Positions 36,880-50,975 of a DNA stretch of 64,000 nt are shown in pieces. Made by a program: the position numbers and the translations under genes. The DNA comes from Lama glama (Eukaryota). The first letter of the stretch is position 1. Every line of letters starts with the position of its first letter. The notes under the pieces were generated by a model, which saw only the letters and a program-made list of their open reading frames with translations, was not told the DNA's origin and made no database searches. The stretch lies in the NCBI GenBank assembly GCA_028534125.1, contig CM052817.1, positions 67,334,001-67,398,000 on the forward strand, read 5' to 3'.

Positions 36880-37280
36880 AGTTTATCTGTTGTAATGAAT
36901 AGACTTAAAAATGTGTCAGCGCAGAAACCGTAGAAGCAGGTTTTTTGTGCATGTAACAATCCAGGGTGGGACTCTCAGTTAGAGGATGGCTCTCTTCTAT
37001 GAGTGATTCATGGGCCCAGCTTCCTTTTATCTTGGGATTTTGCCATCCCCAAGGGGCTGCTCATTGACGACATCAAGCGAGCGGAAGGTCACAGAGGGAC
37101 CATGACCCTCTCTTAAAGACCCTGGTCTTGAAGTGACCCACAGCAACACAGCTCACTCTCAATTGTCAGGCATCAGTCACAGACCACAACTGGCGGCAAA
37201 GAAGCTGGGCATCAACTTCCTAGATGCGACTCTATTACTGTGGAGTGGACACTTTCGGTGGGCCACTGACAGCTTCTCCC
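36880..37280 (-). mobile_element. MLT1-family (MaLR) LTR remnant
   Basis: GTGATTCA.GGGCCCAGCTTCCTT..ATCTTG...TGCCATCCCC...GAAGTGAC motifs. Confidence 0.6.
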
Positions 37281-38744
37281 ACAGAGCAGCACTAGAAGGA
37301 GACTAACCTGCTGGAGAGGTTAAGTTAGACCAAACCGCCCTGGACCGACGGTGAGCGTCCTCTTCCCTTGGGATCAGTTTTGCTGATAACCGTACTTAGA
37401 GATTACCACTAAAAGCAGTCTTACTGACTTTGGGGAAAGTTTGGCAACCATGAACAAATTATGCTTTCTTAAATACCTGTAGGACAGCCAAGCTATAGTT
37501 AAAATAAGCAAACAAGAATTCACTAAAGAATAAAGAAAGCAGAAGTAACACAAGAAGAGGAAATACCATAAATCTAAAATAAACTGATTTAGAGATAAAT
37601 CTCAGGCATTAGCAGCTTGTCTGCTGGTGTTTTCACAACCTAGAGGTAAGTTTTCCTCCCTCCACCAGTAAGGTGTTCCCTATTAGTCACAAAAACTGCT
37701 CACCATCCAGGTTGGGAAAGGTGTGTGGAGCTCTCTCACCTAACATCCTAGAACCCATCTTCCCAATTCCTGTTCACAGTCTCTGAGCCCGTGCCTCTTC
37801 CGTAGTGATCCATGCTGAAAATAATGATACAGTAATCACACCCTTCTTAGGAGCAATGTGCCGATAAAACAAATAGGGAATAATTCCTTTAAGTCTTCTT
37901 TGACTATAACTACCTGGGATTTTTATTTATCTCTCTTCTTTACCAGAATTGGAGGTCCTTGACATCAAGGACTGTGTCTTATTCAGCTTTGTGCCCCACC
38001 TCATACAGCGCCTGTCTCACAGAAGGCACCTAACATTCCATGCTCTGTGCATTGAAGGAAGTAGCAGACACAAAACCCAGAAGGAAGTTCCCCATTGTTC
38101 ACGGGATAAAAATGCAAAATTCATTAAACAGCATTCAAAGTTCTTCTCCAATTGGCCCCAGTTTTTGAATCTTGTCTTCCATTACATCTGGAAAGAACTC
38201 TCTATTTCTGGTAGTAGACTCACTTCTTCCAGAAAACGTTGATCCTTACCATGACCATACCAAAAAAACTCTTTAATTAGTAAAGAACCACAAGCTAAGA
38301 TGAAAATAGTATTATTATTGATCTAAAAGAGACTTTTTGCTTATAATGAGTTATTCTTTTATAATAAAATGACATTTTAAAATCTCTTAAGTGAACATTT
38401 TAAGGGAACTTTCAGATTTTTTTGGTGACTCAATAAAGTAGAATTTGATGAAATTAGTCATTAAAATTGATATTCTGCACACCTGTTAATTTCTTTCACT
38501 TTAAATTCAGTATTAATACATCATTATCACAATGTTGACCTTCATATTCGGAGCTGGTACTCTTAATCTGCCAACAGCAGATCGTGTGCTTTGAGCTGTT
38601 TTCCAGCAATAATACACTTGTCTTAAGCTATCTACACTCTCTTGTCTTGTCTTTCTAATGACTATTAGGATGCATTTATGGGATGGCTGACCACTAGTAA
38701 GAATAAAACCGGTGACTATAGAGGATAATGAAAATAATGAGTCA

Positions 38745-38804
38745 CAGGGTTAAACCCATCACCTTGGCCTCATTAGCACCATATTCAAATCAACCACGCC
38801 AATC
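38745..38804 (-). mobile_element. tRNA-Ile-like head of an ancient SINE (MamSINE1-like)
   Basis: Reverse complement reads TGGTGCTAATGAGGCCAAGGTGATGGGTTTAACCC. Confidence 0.6.
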
Positions 38805-40844
38805 AAGTACCCACATTCACTCACTTTTACATACAATTTGGACACCAGACATATATGTATCAAATACTAGCCTGGGCATTAATTTTTAGAATTGTTCTTT
38901 GCAAGACCTTATTTGGTCTAGGCCATTTCTTATTTCTTCATGGTACTTCTTCTCATTATATAAATTCTCATTTCTATAAAATTACACCTTTAGTACTCCA
39001 TGGCAGTATAATAGAATTGTCCCTAAATGCACAAAGCCATACAGATGAAATAACAATAGGCTAGAAATGAAAATCTCCAGAAGAACACTTCTTCCATAGG
39101 CTCCCTAACTTGGCTTGATTTGATAAGATCTGGGCTTCCTTGTATTTTACCGTAAATATTTGGTATGTTTTGTTCATTGGACTATGCAAAAATCCAAGCA
39201 ATAACATTCCAGATTTGTTCAAAGTATCATGAAGGAAATAATGGGTCAACTTTGGTAAAAAACAAAAACAACAACAACAACAAAAACCCCACCAAGTCAT
39301 GGTGGGTAGCTTCCAGACACTCACAGATATAAACATACATCTGCAATTTGAGCCCCAAGTTGCTGTCTGGAGTCTCTCTTTGCCTGGCAGATCAAGGCAC
39401 CCTTCACTGGTCTTTCTCCCAGGAAAATTTGCCTTAGACATGCACGCTTCCTTCCTTATTAAGATAGATAAGTAATGATAAAGTAATATGAAGTTTGGGA
39501 ATCTTATGAGCTAACCAGAAAACACTTCTTAGAGCTCCGTCAACAAGCACTGACTGTCACAGCGGCCATGTTTCCCGGAGAGCCATCCAGGCTGAGACTG
39601 CATCAGTTCCTCTGCTTCCAGCCATCCTCCCCATACACAAGTCTCAGCTGACGGGATTTACCGAGCACTGGAAAGCAAGTGACAGAGTCTCCTCTCTCAA
39701 TCCCTCTCCTTCTTCCCAGTCAAAACCTCAAACTCAGGTAACGTTATCCTTAGCTCAAAGACAGAGGTAGACCTTTATTTTGAATGAACCTATTTGCAGA
39801 AACTGGACATCTTGTAAACAGGCATCTGAATCTTCAAATTACCAGACAGGACTAGAGTAATTATTCAGAACAAACAAGTAAAAAAATCTCCAAGAATCTG
39901 AATAATGACGTTATTTCTAAAATTCACTTTTTAGAGACACAAAATTAGGCCTGTTAAAGTCTTACTTCTTAAGCTCTGTGAAACAACTTTGAAATTAAAT
40001 TTATTTTAAACTATTTTCTATTAAATACTGTTAATTGAACTCATTTAAAAAAATTGCTGGTTTAAATACAATGGAGAAATTTTTCATAAAATGTTTGTGA
40101 TTTTTATTTTTTTCTCCTATATTTGAGATTCTGACTTCCAACATAACCTGTGCAAAAGCACAGATTTCTGATGTTACTCTCAAGATTTCAAATCAAAACC
40201 AATTTTTTATGCTTGAATTTTAAAAAAATATAGGTCTCCATTGTTTAGTTTGTCTTCAACTAACCCTTCTCAATATAAAGGATTATTATCTTTCTTTGTT
40301 GGGAGGAAGAATTCAGGATAAGACCCCTGAGTTGTTAACGTTCAATCCAGGAAGGTTTGTTGTGTTTTTTTCCCCAGGGCTGACCTTTGTTATGCTGTAG
40401 TTATAGCAACAAGAAGAGTTCCTTCTGTCTGTCTGTTGTGTTCTCTTTCCAAACTAATGACAGTCTTTTCTAAGCTGTTGTATAGTATGAAGAAAGCGTT
40501 ACGTGCGTTGATTTCTTGATTTATTGATGCATTCAGCTAAACCAGCAATTTAAATGGAAATATTTTAAATAAATGCAATTAATTGAAATGGAATTTGCAT
40601 ATTGTAAATGTTTAGCACTATGGATTGTTCCTTTAGATATTTTTCCATGTAGTCTTTTAAGTTTCCCTAATCAACTTGCAGTTTAACTTCTCAATGATCA
40701 AGTTTATTTATCCTATCATTGTATCTTCTTAATCTAAACATGGGGGGAGAGAGAGAGAGAGAGATTGAAAGAGAGCTAGAACAGTCCTCTCCGGGGGATT
40801 AATACATTGTAAGAACATGTAGTTTGTCTGCCAAATGCGGCCAC

Positions 40845-40995
40845 ACGATCTCACTATGACCTTGGGCATTCTAAGTTTCATTTTACTGATCTGGAATATC
40901 AGTTTAATTATAGTAATTACCTATCTCAAGGGTTTGTGAGGTTTAATTAATGTTAGCAAAGTGTTGGAGCTATTTAGTAGAACAGTACTATAAAA
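40845..40995 (+). mobile_element. MIR SINE
   Basis: TGACCTTGGGCA...AGTTTC...ATCTG...ACCTATCTCAAGGGTTTGTGAGG core. Confidence 0.65.
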
Positions 40996-41187
40996 GGCAA
41001 ACTACCTGAAAATCACATCTCCCTCCTCCCTGCATAGGGTGTGAGCAGTGGCCTCCTCTTTCAAATAGTAGCTGAAAGTAGTTATACACTCCTTCTCTTT
41101 CGTCTTCAGCATTAGCATCGCATTTATTACTTTGCCCCCTGCCTGCTATATCTCTGTCTATGGTCTTTTCTACTTGAGACTTACCTT

Positions 41188-41665
41188 TGTCGACTGTAAT
41201 AAATGCACAGACTAAAAGTTGAGGGTTATGTTTTATTTGGCAGGAGGACGCGAGCTGGGATGGCAGCCTCTCAGATCACTCTGAGGGACAGCTCTGAAGA
41301 GACAGGGGAGGAGCTAGGATATAAGGAGTTTTACAACAAAGACCAGGTATTTGGAACTTTAAAATCTTACGTGTTAACTGAAGAAAACCAGACACCTGAA
41401 GTTAAGGAATTTAGCGCTTTTCTATGTATGGGAGGAAGCAAACATTTGGGCTCATTGAATTCATTCCTTTGACAAGCACCTAGCTATCTAGGGCCAATAT
41501 CGGGTCCTTTCTTATTCTGAGTCCCCTCAGAGTGCACCACTGTGAGTGGCTGCAGAGGCTGGGCTGCAGGCTTGTCTTCACTGGGGGCTGGCGGCAGCCG
41601 CTGATGACTTGATGGCTCCAGCATTCTTTGTTTACTGATATGGTTCGCAGTATTTTTTGTTCACA
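41188..41665 (-). mobile_element. Solo LTR, ERV1-like, 478 bp
   Basis: TG...CA termini, 4-bp TSD CCTT (41184-41187 and 41666-41669), and minus-strand AATAAA (41237-41232) near its 3' end. Confidence 0.8.
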
Positions 41666-42989
41666 CCTTGGATGAAAAATGGCCTCTGCCCCACTTCTCT
41701 CAGTTACACCATCACTAGGAGCTCAAACATTCCTGAACCCAACAGGATCAGGATAAACGTGGTATCTGAGTAAGCAGCGGTGGCTCCGCACTTCCTTTAA
41801 GTAAGAATCACAAACCTGTCCACAATTTACACTGGGGCCTCAAACACCTTTATCTTGGGTCTCTGGTGTTAAATAAACTGAATTAGACTTCCAGTCTCTT
41901 TCAAAAATTGGGGGATCTGAAAACACTGTGTCTACATTCTCTCCCCAAAATAATAGCTGACTCTGAGATTAGAGACAAAGGCTCTAGTGAGCCCGTTCTT
42001 AGCGCTCCCTAGCACCTAACACGTGTGCACCTAAACACTGGAATTTGCAACCCAGCGCCTCTGTGTACACTTGCTCTAGCTGCTCACTGCATAGCAATGC
42101 CTGGCCAAAAGGACAAGCAGGAGCTGGACTCCAGCCCGGAGCTCTGCTTGCCATGCCGTGTTCTGGTGGGCCTAATTTGCATAAAGGCATTCTAGGGACC
42201 AGAAATGGCCTGCTTGGTCCCCCAGCTATCAGTCGATGAAATATAGCCGTGACTGTCACAGCCACCGTAATCAGTGTTAGAAAATTAGCATCCAATCTTT
42301 GAAATTATATCCTGCAAAATTACATCTAGACTAAGCTTAAAATCATAGTCAGTTTTATCTCAGCCTCCTATTTTATGGACCCATTTTCACCTGAAACACA
42401 TTCCAATATGAACTACTTTACAAACAGAATGAAAATTTTAACTGTGTTAACTCATTGCAGCTGAAAGAGGAACTATATTTAATTGAAAATTAGCAAAATG
42501 ATTAAAACGGTAACACATATTGGATAGTCATCATAATGTCATATTTCTTTCTTTGGAGACAACTACTCTTTGAAAGAGGAGGCCACTGTTCACACCCTAG
42601 TCTCTTTCCCCTAACTGCTAACATTTTATGATGGTACCATGGCTTGAAAGAACAGTGGTTTTTAACCTATTTGTAATTTAGCTCTTTCAAAACGCATGAT
42701 GATTTGATGACATTTCCTTTTGAGTGTTTCTATTTTTAAAGCTATTCTATCCTTGTAATTTTGGCTACCTTGCATTAGTGAAGAAGAAACAATTCTGTTA
42801 TCCAAGGGCAACACTAATTGATTTACACCTCTTCCCTTACCAAATTTCAAGCATCCAAAATTTGAACACTGTCCAATGAAAGCTAACCTCTAGCTGTGTT
42901 GCTGACCACTAAGGTACTTCCCAAAGAAATCCAGCTGTGTGGATCTTTTCTCTATACAAAACATAATATAACTTGATTCTTTAACCATA

Positions 42990-43575
42990 TAGAGAAGGGA
43001 CATTGTCAGATTTCTACTGACTACAAGAAAGAGAGAATTCCTCCAACTGGCTTAGGTGGGAAGTTCACAGGTTGGGCAGGCTCCAGGCAAGGAGCAATCA
43101 GGCTCCAGCGTGTCACGGGCATCGCAGGCTCTTCCCACCTCTTGGCTCTGACATCCTCATCATTTTGGCTCTTCCCCGAGGCAGGCTTCCCTCACAGTTC
43201 CTGTTACAGCAGTTCCAGTCATCACATCCAGGCATAAAAAAGCATTCAAGGAAAGAAAAGGACTGTCTTTTTTTCGTGTGTCTGTATCTTTTCGAGTGAG
43301 AACACTTCCTAGAAGCACTGAGGCTGACTTCCACTAAGATCTCATCAGGCAAAATTAGGTCCCATGCCCACCCCCTAAACCAATCGCTCTCAAAGAGAAT
43401 AAGATTGACTTGGTTTTATACATATCTGCTATCCCTGGAGATAGAGATGAGATCATCCTGAAGCCACGCCAATGTGGAGGATAAGAAATACCTGAGCATA
43501 ATCTTGGTTCAATTAGGAAAGAGGAAGAAGGAGGTAGGGGGATTAGATGGGTGTTGGTAAGGTGGGTATCAGTGT
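42990..43575 (-). mobile_element. MLT1-family (MaLR) LTR remnant
   Basis: CAGTTCCAG.CATCACATCC...GACTTCC...CATGCCCACCCCTAAACCAATC motifs. Confidence 0.65.
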
Positions 43576-46500
43576 CTCCTGTTGCTTTATATAACTCCAT
43601 CACCTCATTCCTGCTCTCTTAGAAAAGCTAACCAGTTCTAAATCTCATGAATCCTGCCAGATTATACATGGTAAGAGGAAGTCAGCTTATGGATGCCAGC
43701 TCTTTATCACGAATGAAATAGTGAATTATAATTTCGGCCATGAATGTCTGTAGGCAGAGCTTGTTTTTAGCAACATGGCTTTCTGGGCCAGGTTTTGATT
43801 TATCAACCTATCCTTCGAGATTCCATCAGGTTTTTATTAAAAGTGTGTGTTTTGCTACACAAATCAAGAAATATCTGAGCTGAAGATAAAAGAGATGGGG
43901 CTAAAAGCTCTGGATAAAAGCAAAGAGACTGAGGAAGTTAAAGTAAGTTAAATTAAGAGAAATGGTAAAAAATTTTCTGGTATGACACATCTATTTCTAT
44001 AACTAAGTCCGTCATGAATAATTTCCTCTTATAACTTCTGCTGGCCCTCACAACTATTACTTTGCTATATTTGCAAGGTATCAGAAGCAAAGTAAATAGC
44101 CAGTCTTTAAAATTTCAAGTTGATCCCCAAACTGACTCAAATTTGCAAAAATCTGGCATAATTTAAAAGTAAATAAATAGAAGCAACACTTAGCAGAAGG
44201 TTCCTAACATAAACAAAGCTGTGCACGTTTTGTTTATTTATGGGATCCATGCAAAAGTGCCATATTCATTTAAAAATATTCAGCACAAGAGTGATTGATT
44301 TAAAAAATTGAATAGAATTAAGGAGCAGAAGCATTCCTTATACCTAAAAGTTTGGTAAAAAAGAAGAATGACTATTTTATTGTAATATTATACTTGGGAA
44401 AACATTTTTCTCCTTTATGTATATTGAGATTTTCTTAAAGGTTGACTATGAGAAAAGTAGCCACCATTTCTCAAAAGTGTATTTGACTTGGGAGGTAGCA
44501 AATTCCACCTTTCATATAACGCCTGTATGTTGTTCAAGGTTAAGTGCTGAAATATAAGTGTGCCATCTCCTGTATTAGTCTTTTTCACCCAGTGAATTTT
44601 GACAGCACTCCCAAGAGACAAAACAATTTAAAATCCCTATCTCTGGAACTCACATCCTACTGACTTCTCCTGACTCATGGATGGTCAGCTGATGGCCATC
44701 CACTCTTCCTTTCCAGCCTCGATTATTCTCTATCATGTTTTAATTAAATAAACATTTCTTAAATACCAGTTAGATACACGGCATAGGGTCAAGAACTGAG
44801 GGAATGAGATATTGCCCCAGAGAAACTGATCATCTAACAGAGACGACCCAGCCAAGGAGAAAGCACACACACACGTGCAGATTGCATGACAATTATCTCA
44901 CTTTTTTTTAACAAGAAGAATTGAAATGAATAGTAAAGTGTAACAAAAAACAGACCCTGCAAACATCTCTATTGGAAGTGTTAAGTAGAGTGTTGTGACA
45001 GCAAATAGGAAGCACTGGACAATTTGGAGGGTTGGCATCCTCCTTAGAAAGACCGCACAAAAGAATTCCTCTTTTAACTGGATTGACTATAAATGGAGAA
45101 GAGAAGAAAGAATAAATGGGGTAAAGGAAACAGTGTAAGCAAAAGCTGAAGAAACACAAGAGTGTATCAGAACCCACAAATAGTGTGTTGGTAAACGTGG
45201 CTACAGTTCAGGGACCCTCTAAGAAGAGAAAAAGTGATGGAAAATGAGACCCAGGAAGAACAGAGTCAAATTGCTTATAACCTTAACATTATGCTAAGGA
45301 AAAAAAGACCTGCTTAGTAGTAAAAAGAGACCATTAAATGTTTTGAGTACAGGATGTTTACTATCAGTTTTTGGTTTTTGGTTTCAGGTTTTTGAAAAAA
45401 GTCCTTCTGACTTACATTGGAGTAAGATGAGTTGGAGGAAGGAGAGACATTCTGTCCCTTGAGGACATTATAGATTCAGATCCTTGCTACAGAATAAAAC
45501 AGGAAGAAGACCAAGTAGAAAACTTTAGGAATGCCGACAGTTTATTTAAGGGACAGACGAGCTTCAGAAGACAAGGAAGGTGACTCAGAAAGAGTCATCA
45601 GGAAGGGAGATAGTGACAGGCATTCCCCAAAGGAAGGATATTCCTAAATTGCTGAGTGGTCCACAGAAATAACAATGCTGAGAGGTCCAGAAAGGCTTGA
45701 AAGAAGCTGCCAGGGGCAATGCCAGGATTGTACTAGAGCAGTTTTATTCTCACCACTAATTGGTTTGGGAAGAGATGGCGACTCCCACTACTATCACTGC
45801 TCTGAGTATACCCCACAACTGCCTTCTGCTCATCCATGTACCAAAACTAGGGATATTTTATGGGAAACTATTATTTACTTTACGTGGAAAAAACAGAAAC
45901 TAGAGGTGCCTGCTGTGTATTTGAGCTTGCCCCACAAAAAAGTCAACACATTTGGCAATAAGGGCTTTTTGCCATTAACAGTCAAAGACTTTATGGTTAC
46001 AGGGACAACTATGCAGTTAGGCCATACCTTGATGAAGGTCTCTGCACCTCCATCAAGATGATGAAGAGAGGTCCACAGATTCTAACCTTTGCCTACTTCC
46101 CAACACTCACCTCCTCATCAGGACTCATCAGGATCATCAAGACTCATGCACTTTACCACTGTTTTTGTCACTCAAAACCAGTAACCCTGGATTCCCAGGA
46201 CATAGTTTATTTTTCACATTCTCATTTCCATACAGCTCTCTACTTGTGCTTTCAGTAGCCAGCTAGCTCCCTGACTCCTGAAGCGGGTTGTCATTGGCAA
46301 AATCCCCCATGTCTTCAACAACTTCTCTGAAAGTTCCCTTTATCTTCTTGCCCATGATGAAATGTGGTTCCTTTACAGGCACTGCATGCCCTGTATCTCA
46401 AATGGTGAAGATATGGAAGGTTCATCCTTGCTCTTTGTTGTCACTTACAGACTAGTCTATGCTCCCCAACACCTGTCTTTCCTGCTTTAACATTAATGTC

Positions 46501-47439
46501 ACCACCCTATACCATCTACTTCTGTTCCTTGTTTCAATCATCTGAAGGACTTTGGAGTTCTCCTTAATCTTGGACAAATTTAGCATTAGCTCCTGGATCA
46601 CTCCACCATAACTCTTTCCTTGATTTGGAGTAAGTTCAGTATTTAGGTATGTAATTATTCAAGTACTCTTGAGTCCTTGACCGTCTCCCTCCAATGGTAG
46701 TTTCTTCCACATTGACTCAGTCACCAAACTCTGTGTTCACACTCTAGACCCACTGTCTACTCATCACCTCATATCTTTCTAGATCACTTCCTCAAATCCT
46801 TGGCTCTCAAATATCTTTCAACTCTCCCTCCCACCAGACCTAAAATCCACTGATCCTATAACAGTTTCCCTCACCCATCATGACTTTGATTCCCTTTATA
46901 CCCAGATTACTCAATTATTATAAACACTCCCTTTCAAACATTCTCCATTTCCCATGATTGGTCAGTTTGAACACTCTTTCATAGGACTCAATTCATTTGG
47001 CTTTCTCCTGGCTAAACTTCATAAGCAAAACCCTTACTCTAGTTAAACACAGCCTGATACTTACTTCATTCCTATGCCTGAACTGCTGAATGTGGCTGAA
47101 AAAAAAATTTACAAATCTCTTTCTCTCTTTAGCTTCGTGGCGATTACTCAAGTGGGCATTTAATGATACAGAATAATTATATTACTTTGAGTGTCCCTCT
47201 TTCCTCTCTTTCTGTTTCATATATCAAACCTCTAAAACTTCTTCCTGGTTCTTTATTCCAGTCCTCTACATTCACTGAATTCATGGAAACCATGAGAATA
47301 AAAATTCTATAAGCTCCCATCATCACAACTACTCATCTAGAATCTGTATACAGACATTTTTTCTTTTCCTCCTATCAGAATAAACTCTAAATGTTCTTAC
47401 TTAAAGTCAAACTGCACATTTCCTTTTTTAAAATCAATG

Positions 47440-47560
47440 TTTTCCTCCCTTCTTTCCTTCCTTCCTTTCTTTCTTGTTTTAATGGAGGTGCAAGGGATTG
47501 AACCCAGGACCTCATGCGTGCTAAGCATGTGCTCTACCACTGAGCTGTGCCCTCCCCCTG
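47440..47560 (-). mobile_element. tRNA-Ala-derived SINE, short variant, inserted in L2
   Basis: Same tRNA head as the other two copies, with a GAAA/GGAA-rich tail. Confidence 0.85.
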
Positions 47561-47689
47561 CCATATTTTCATTAGACTTTATCTGCTCTGGCCCCACTCA
47601 AGAACCTCATTCTTGCAATTCTACCCTCTCCTTCATCATTAAATTAGTCCTCTTAACTGTACCATTACCATCAGACTATCACTACACAA

Positions 47690-47712
47690 AGAGAGAGAGA
47701 GAGAGAGAGAGA
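47690..47712. repeat. (GA)n microsatellite
   Basis: Direct reading. Confidence 0.9.
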
Positions 47713-48499
47713 TAATGAATAAATATATTTAGCCCCATTTCCCCCAACCTAGAGTATATTCGCTTCCTTTGACAGAAAAATTTCCTGGTGGAACGGTATA
47801 TATGAAATGTCACATTGTCCTTTTTATGTATTGAATTGACTCCAATCAGGCTCTCGTCAAGATTTTCAATGACTTGTACCTCGTTAAGTCCAGAGTTTTC
47901 AGTCTTCCTTTTATTTGACCCATCAGTAGCATTTGACATTTTCTTCACTTGGCTTTTAGGAAACCACGTTCCTGGTTTACCTCCTGCCTTGCTAACCTCT
48001 TAACAGTGAAGTGACCCATGGTTTAGACATTAGTCTTCTTTTTCTTGTCTGTCTACACTCACTCCCTTTTTGTTTTTATCCAATCTCATAGTTTTAAATT
48101 ATATCTGTATCCTAAAGTCTTCAATATGTAGATCTCCTATCCAGATTTTTATATCTGACAATTTGAAAATTCCACTGAAATTATTTAAAATTGAACACCT
48201 CTGTTCCTACTGCCACCAAAACTGAAACTCAGTTAATGGCAACTATATCACTCCAGTTATTCATATCAGAAATCTTGGTATCATTCTTGACTCTTCTTTC
48301 TCTCTCAGAACCCACAACTAATCATTAGCAAATCCTATTTGCCCTGCTGCCATAAGGCATCAAGAATCAGACAACTTCTTACCACCTAAGCTATTGACAC
48401 TCTGGTTCATACCATCAGCATCTCTCACCTAGAGACCCTCATGGTTGATCATCTCCTTCCCTCCTTTTCTGATACAGTTTATCGTTAACACTACGATTC

Positions 48500-50790
48500 A
48501 TCCCCTGTGGCCAGCAGAGAATGAAAAGTGAAGACTCGGTATTTAACTAAAGAAGAGTAGAGATCTTTAGAAAGCAGACCCCTCTACTCCAGGAGGTCTG
48601 CTATGGGAAAGTCAGGCCCCAGCCTGGGAAGGACAAGAACTCTGAAACCTGGGATGTACATGTCTGGGTTGCTGAAGTTCCACACGGTAAATGTCCAGAT
48701 ATTCCTGAACCCGCTGAGACTGTGAAAGTGATGCACTCCTTATTAATTAATCAGCTAGACTAACTTTGTTTGGAGTGTCTTCACTGCAAGACCAGATGTG
48801 CTCTTCTCAGGATATGCCTCCATTTCTCCCTCTTCCTCCCTCCTAGTCCCTAAGCCAATGACTATGGTTAAGTTACAGACTAGCTGATCTGGGGAAGTAC
48901 TGAGCCTGCTAAATCAGCAACGAGATTGTAAGCTGAATGAAAAGCTAGCCAATATGGAGTAGCTGGATCCAGGAGAGTACACATGGGATGGCTTTCTGAG
49001 GATGTCAGATAAAAGAGAGTTTTTTGATCCAGGTTACAGGATTTAAAACCCATGCAAAGTCCTGGAAGGGGGGCAAACAGGATGCTGGGATAGCTCCCAG
49101 AAGCTTAGAGAAAATGATGGACTCTATTCTGTGAGGCAGAAGTACAGGGACTGTACAGTACAGACGCAGAGGGATCAAAGGGCTCACAGAGGCAGGCATG
49201 CCCAAGCGGGTACACTCAGGTCAGAATACCTACCAGACCACTATGTTCTATGGAGAAAATTCCACTTACCAGAGGGATAAGGGATATGCTGGTGAGAAGA
49301 CTGTGAGCATTACTGAGATGCTCAGTGGTGGCTGTCCTCTAGAGATTAGGGATGACAGTAGGAGATAACAGTTAATAACTGGGCTCACTGACAGCAATGA
49401 GACTCATAGGATCTCTAGTTAATAGAGGCAGGGTGGCAGGGCTGAACTGTCAGAAACCAGTTGGCGCAATTATTATAATGAACAGCAACATCAGCGTGGA
49501 GGCCAGGAGAGGACCTGCAGAGAGCTACAGAAGTGCAGCTAAGGGTAAGCTGTATGGGCAGCCAACAGAGGTTCTGCTCAAGCTGTAAAACAAAAAATAA
49601 AGGATGGATGATCAGGAGACTGAAATAGTTATCCTAAAAAGTTTCAATCTCTTACCCAATTCCAGACCTGAGCCAGTTTGCAGAGCTAGAAATGTTTACT
49701 TGAAGGAGAGACATACTTCAGAAGGAAGAAACCTGCAATACCATGGAAAGAGTACACAGTACCCACCCAGTAATGATTATCTCAGTCCCTTCTAAGTAGA
49801 CCTTGCCATTTACTTGGGTAACTTTACACTGGAGTGAGAGAGAAAGTCCAAACCTTTCAAGATCTCTTGAGACAGGGTCCAAGTTGACATAGCTATACGG
49901 AGACCCAAAGCATCATTAGGGCCCTTCTGTTTGGGGTAGAAGTAGGCGGACTTAATCAATGGAGTAGTCCCAAGCATGGCTCACAGTGGGTTCACCGGCA
50001 TCACTGGGTTTTTGGACTCACTTGGTCTCTGAATGCACAATTAAAACTGACATACTTAGCTTTTGAAAATTGCTGATATTGGCTGCTTGGCTTTTAGGTT
50101 AAGAACTATCAAAGTGAGAAATGCAAAGGCAAAGTCTCTGAAACTTGCCCTTCGGATATATCTGGATGTAGTATACTGAAACCAGGGGAGGATAAGGAAA
50201 TATTACTGCCTCTGTGAAAGACATAATGGATTCAGGACTAATGACCCACCTTACACTTCCATTGAATTCACCAGTCGGGTCCCTACAAAACCCAGATGGG
50301 TCCTGAATTTTCAGTGGACTACTTACTGAAAACTCAGCCTAGAAATCCCAAGTCCAGTTGCTTTGCTAAATGTGGTATCTTTGCCAGCGCTAGTTAACGA
50401 CTCCTTAGGTACATGGCACAGAGTAAGTGATGTGGCCAGAGTGTTCTTTTCTATCTCTTCAGGAAAGACAGCAAGAAACCATTTGTATTCACTTCAGATT
50501 CACAGTCTCAGTTCAGCACTGTGTTAACTCTCCTGTCCTGAGCAAGATATATAGTGTAAAGGTTCCTCAACTATAGCTTCTACTAGCCCAGTGGACATGG
50601 TCCCAGATGGAGAACACTTCCAACAGGAGTCCCGGTGAGCGTGCCTTCATCTGTAAGTTACGGCTGCCAGTGGGTCACTTTGGGCTAATTGCACCTATTT
50701 CCTTTCCCCATCTTCGCTGTTCTTCCCAAGAGCATTCTCCGAATTACAGAGTCTGACAGCCTGTTTCCCTGAGAAGTGGCCTTCAACAAC
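48500..50790 (+). mobile_element. Degenerate ERVL internal region (gag-pro-RT remnants) with LTR fragment
   Basis: Protease-like LLDTGS remnant at ~49862-49890. RT N-terminal remnants resembling SP.W..QKPDGSW..TVDY and GTWYA..DLA..FFSI at ~50255-50460. Confidence 0.7.
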
Positions 50791-50975
50791 TTGAAATCTA
50801 GCATAGAATTTACTCATTTATTGTTCTTATTGCTTATTTTCTCTTTCTTCCCTATAGAAGGTGAGATCCATGAGGGCAGGAATTTTTGTTTGTTTCCTTT
50901 TCAAGTATAATCTATCATCCTAGAACAGGTCCTGGTTCATTGAAAGCACTCAAGAAATATTTGAATAAATGAGTG
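50790..50975 (+). mobile_element. LINE-2 3' end (continuation)
   Basis: TAGAAGGTGAGATCCATGAGGGCAGG...CCTAGAACAG..CCTGG...GCACTCAA.AAATATTTGAATAAATGA. Confidence 0.75.

Larger units (their letters stand above)
46250..48490 (+). mobile_element. Long LINE-2 fragment, interrupted by a SINE and an ERVL
   Basis: Pyrimidine-rich L2 ORF2 motifs, e.g. TCAGTAGCATTTGACA, CTTGGCTT, CTACACTCACTCCC, CATTCTTGACTCTTC. Confidence 0.75.
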
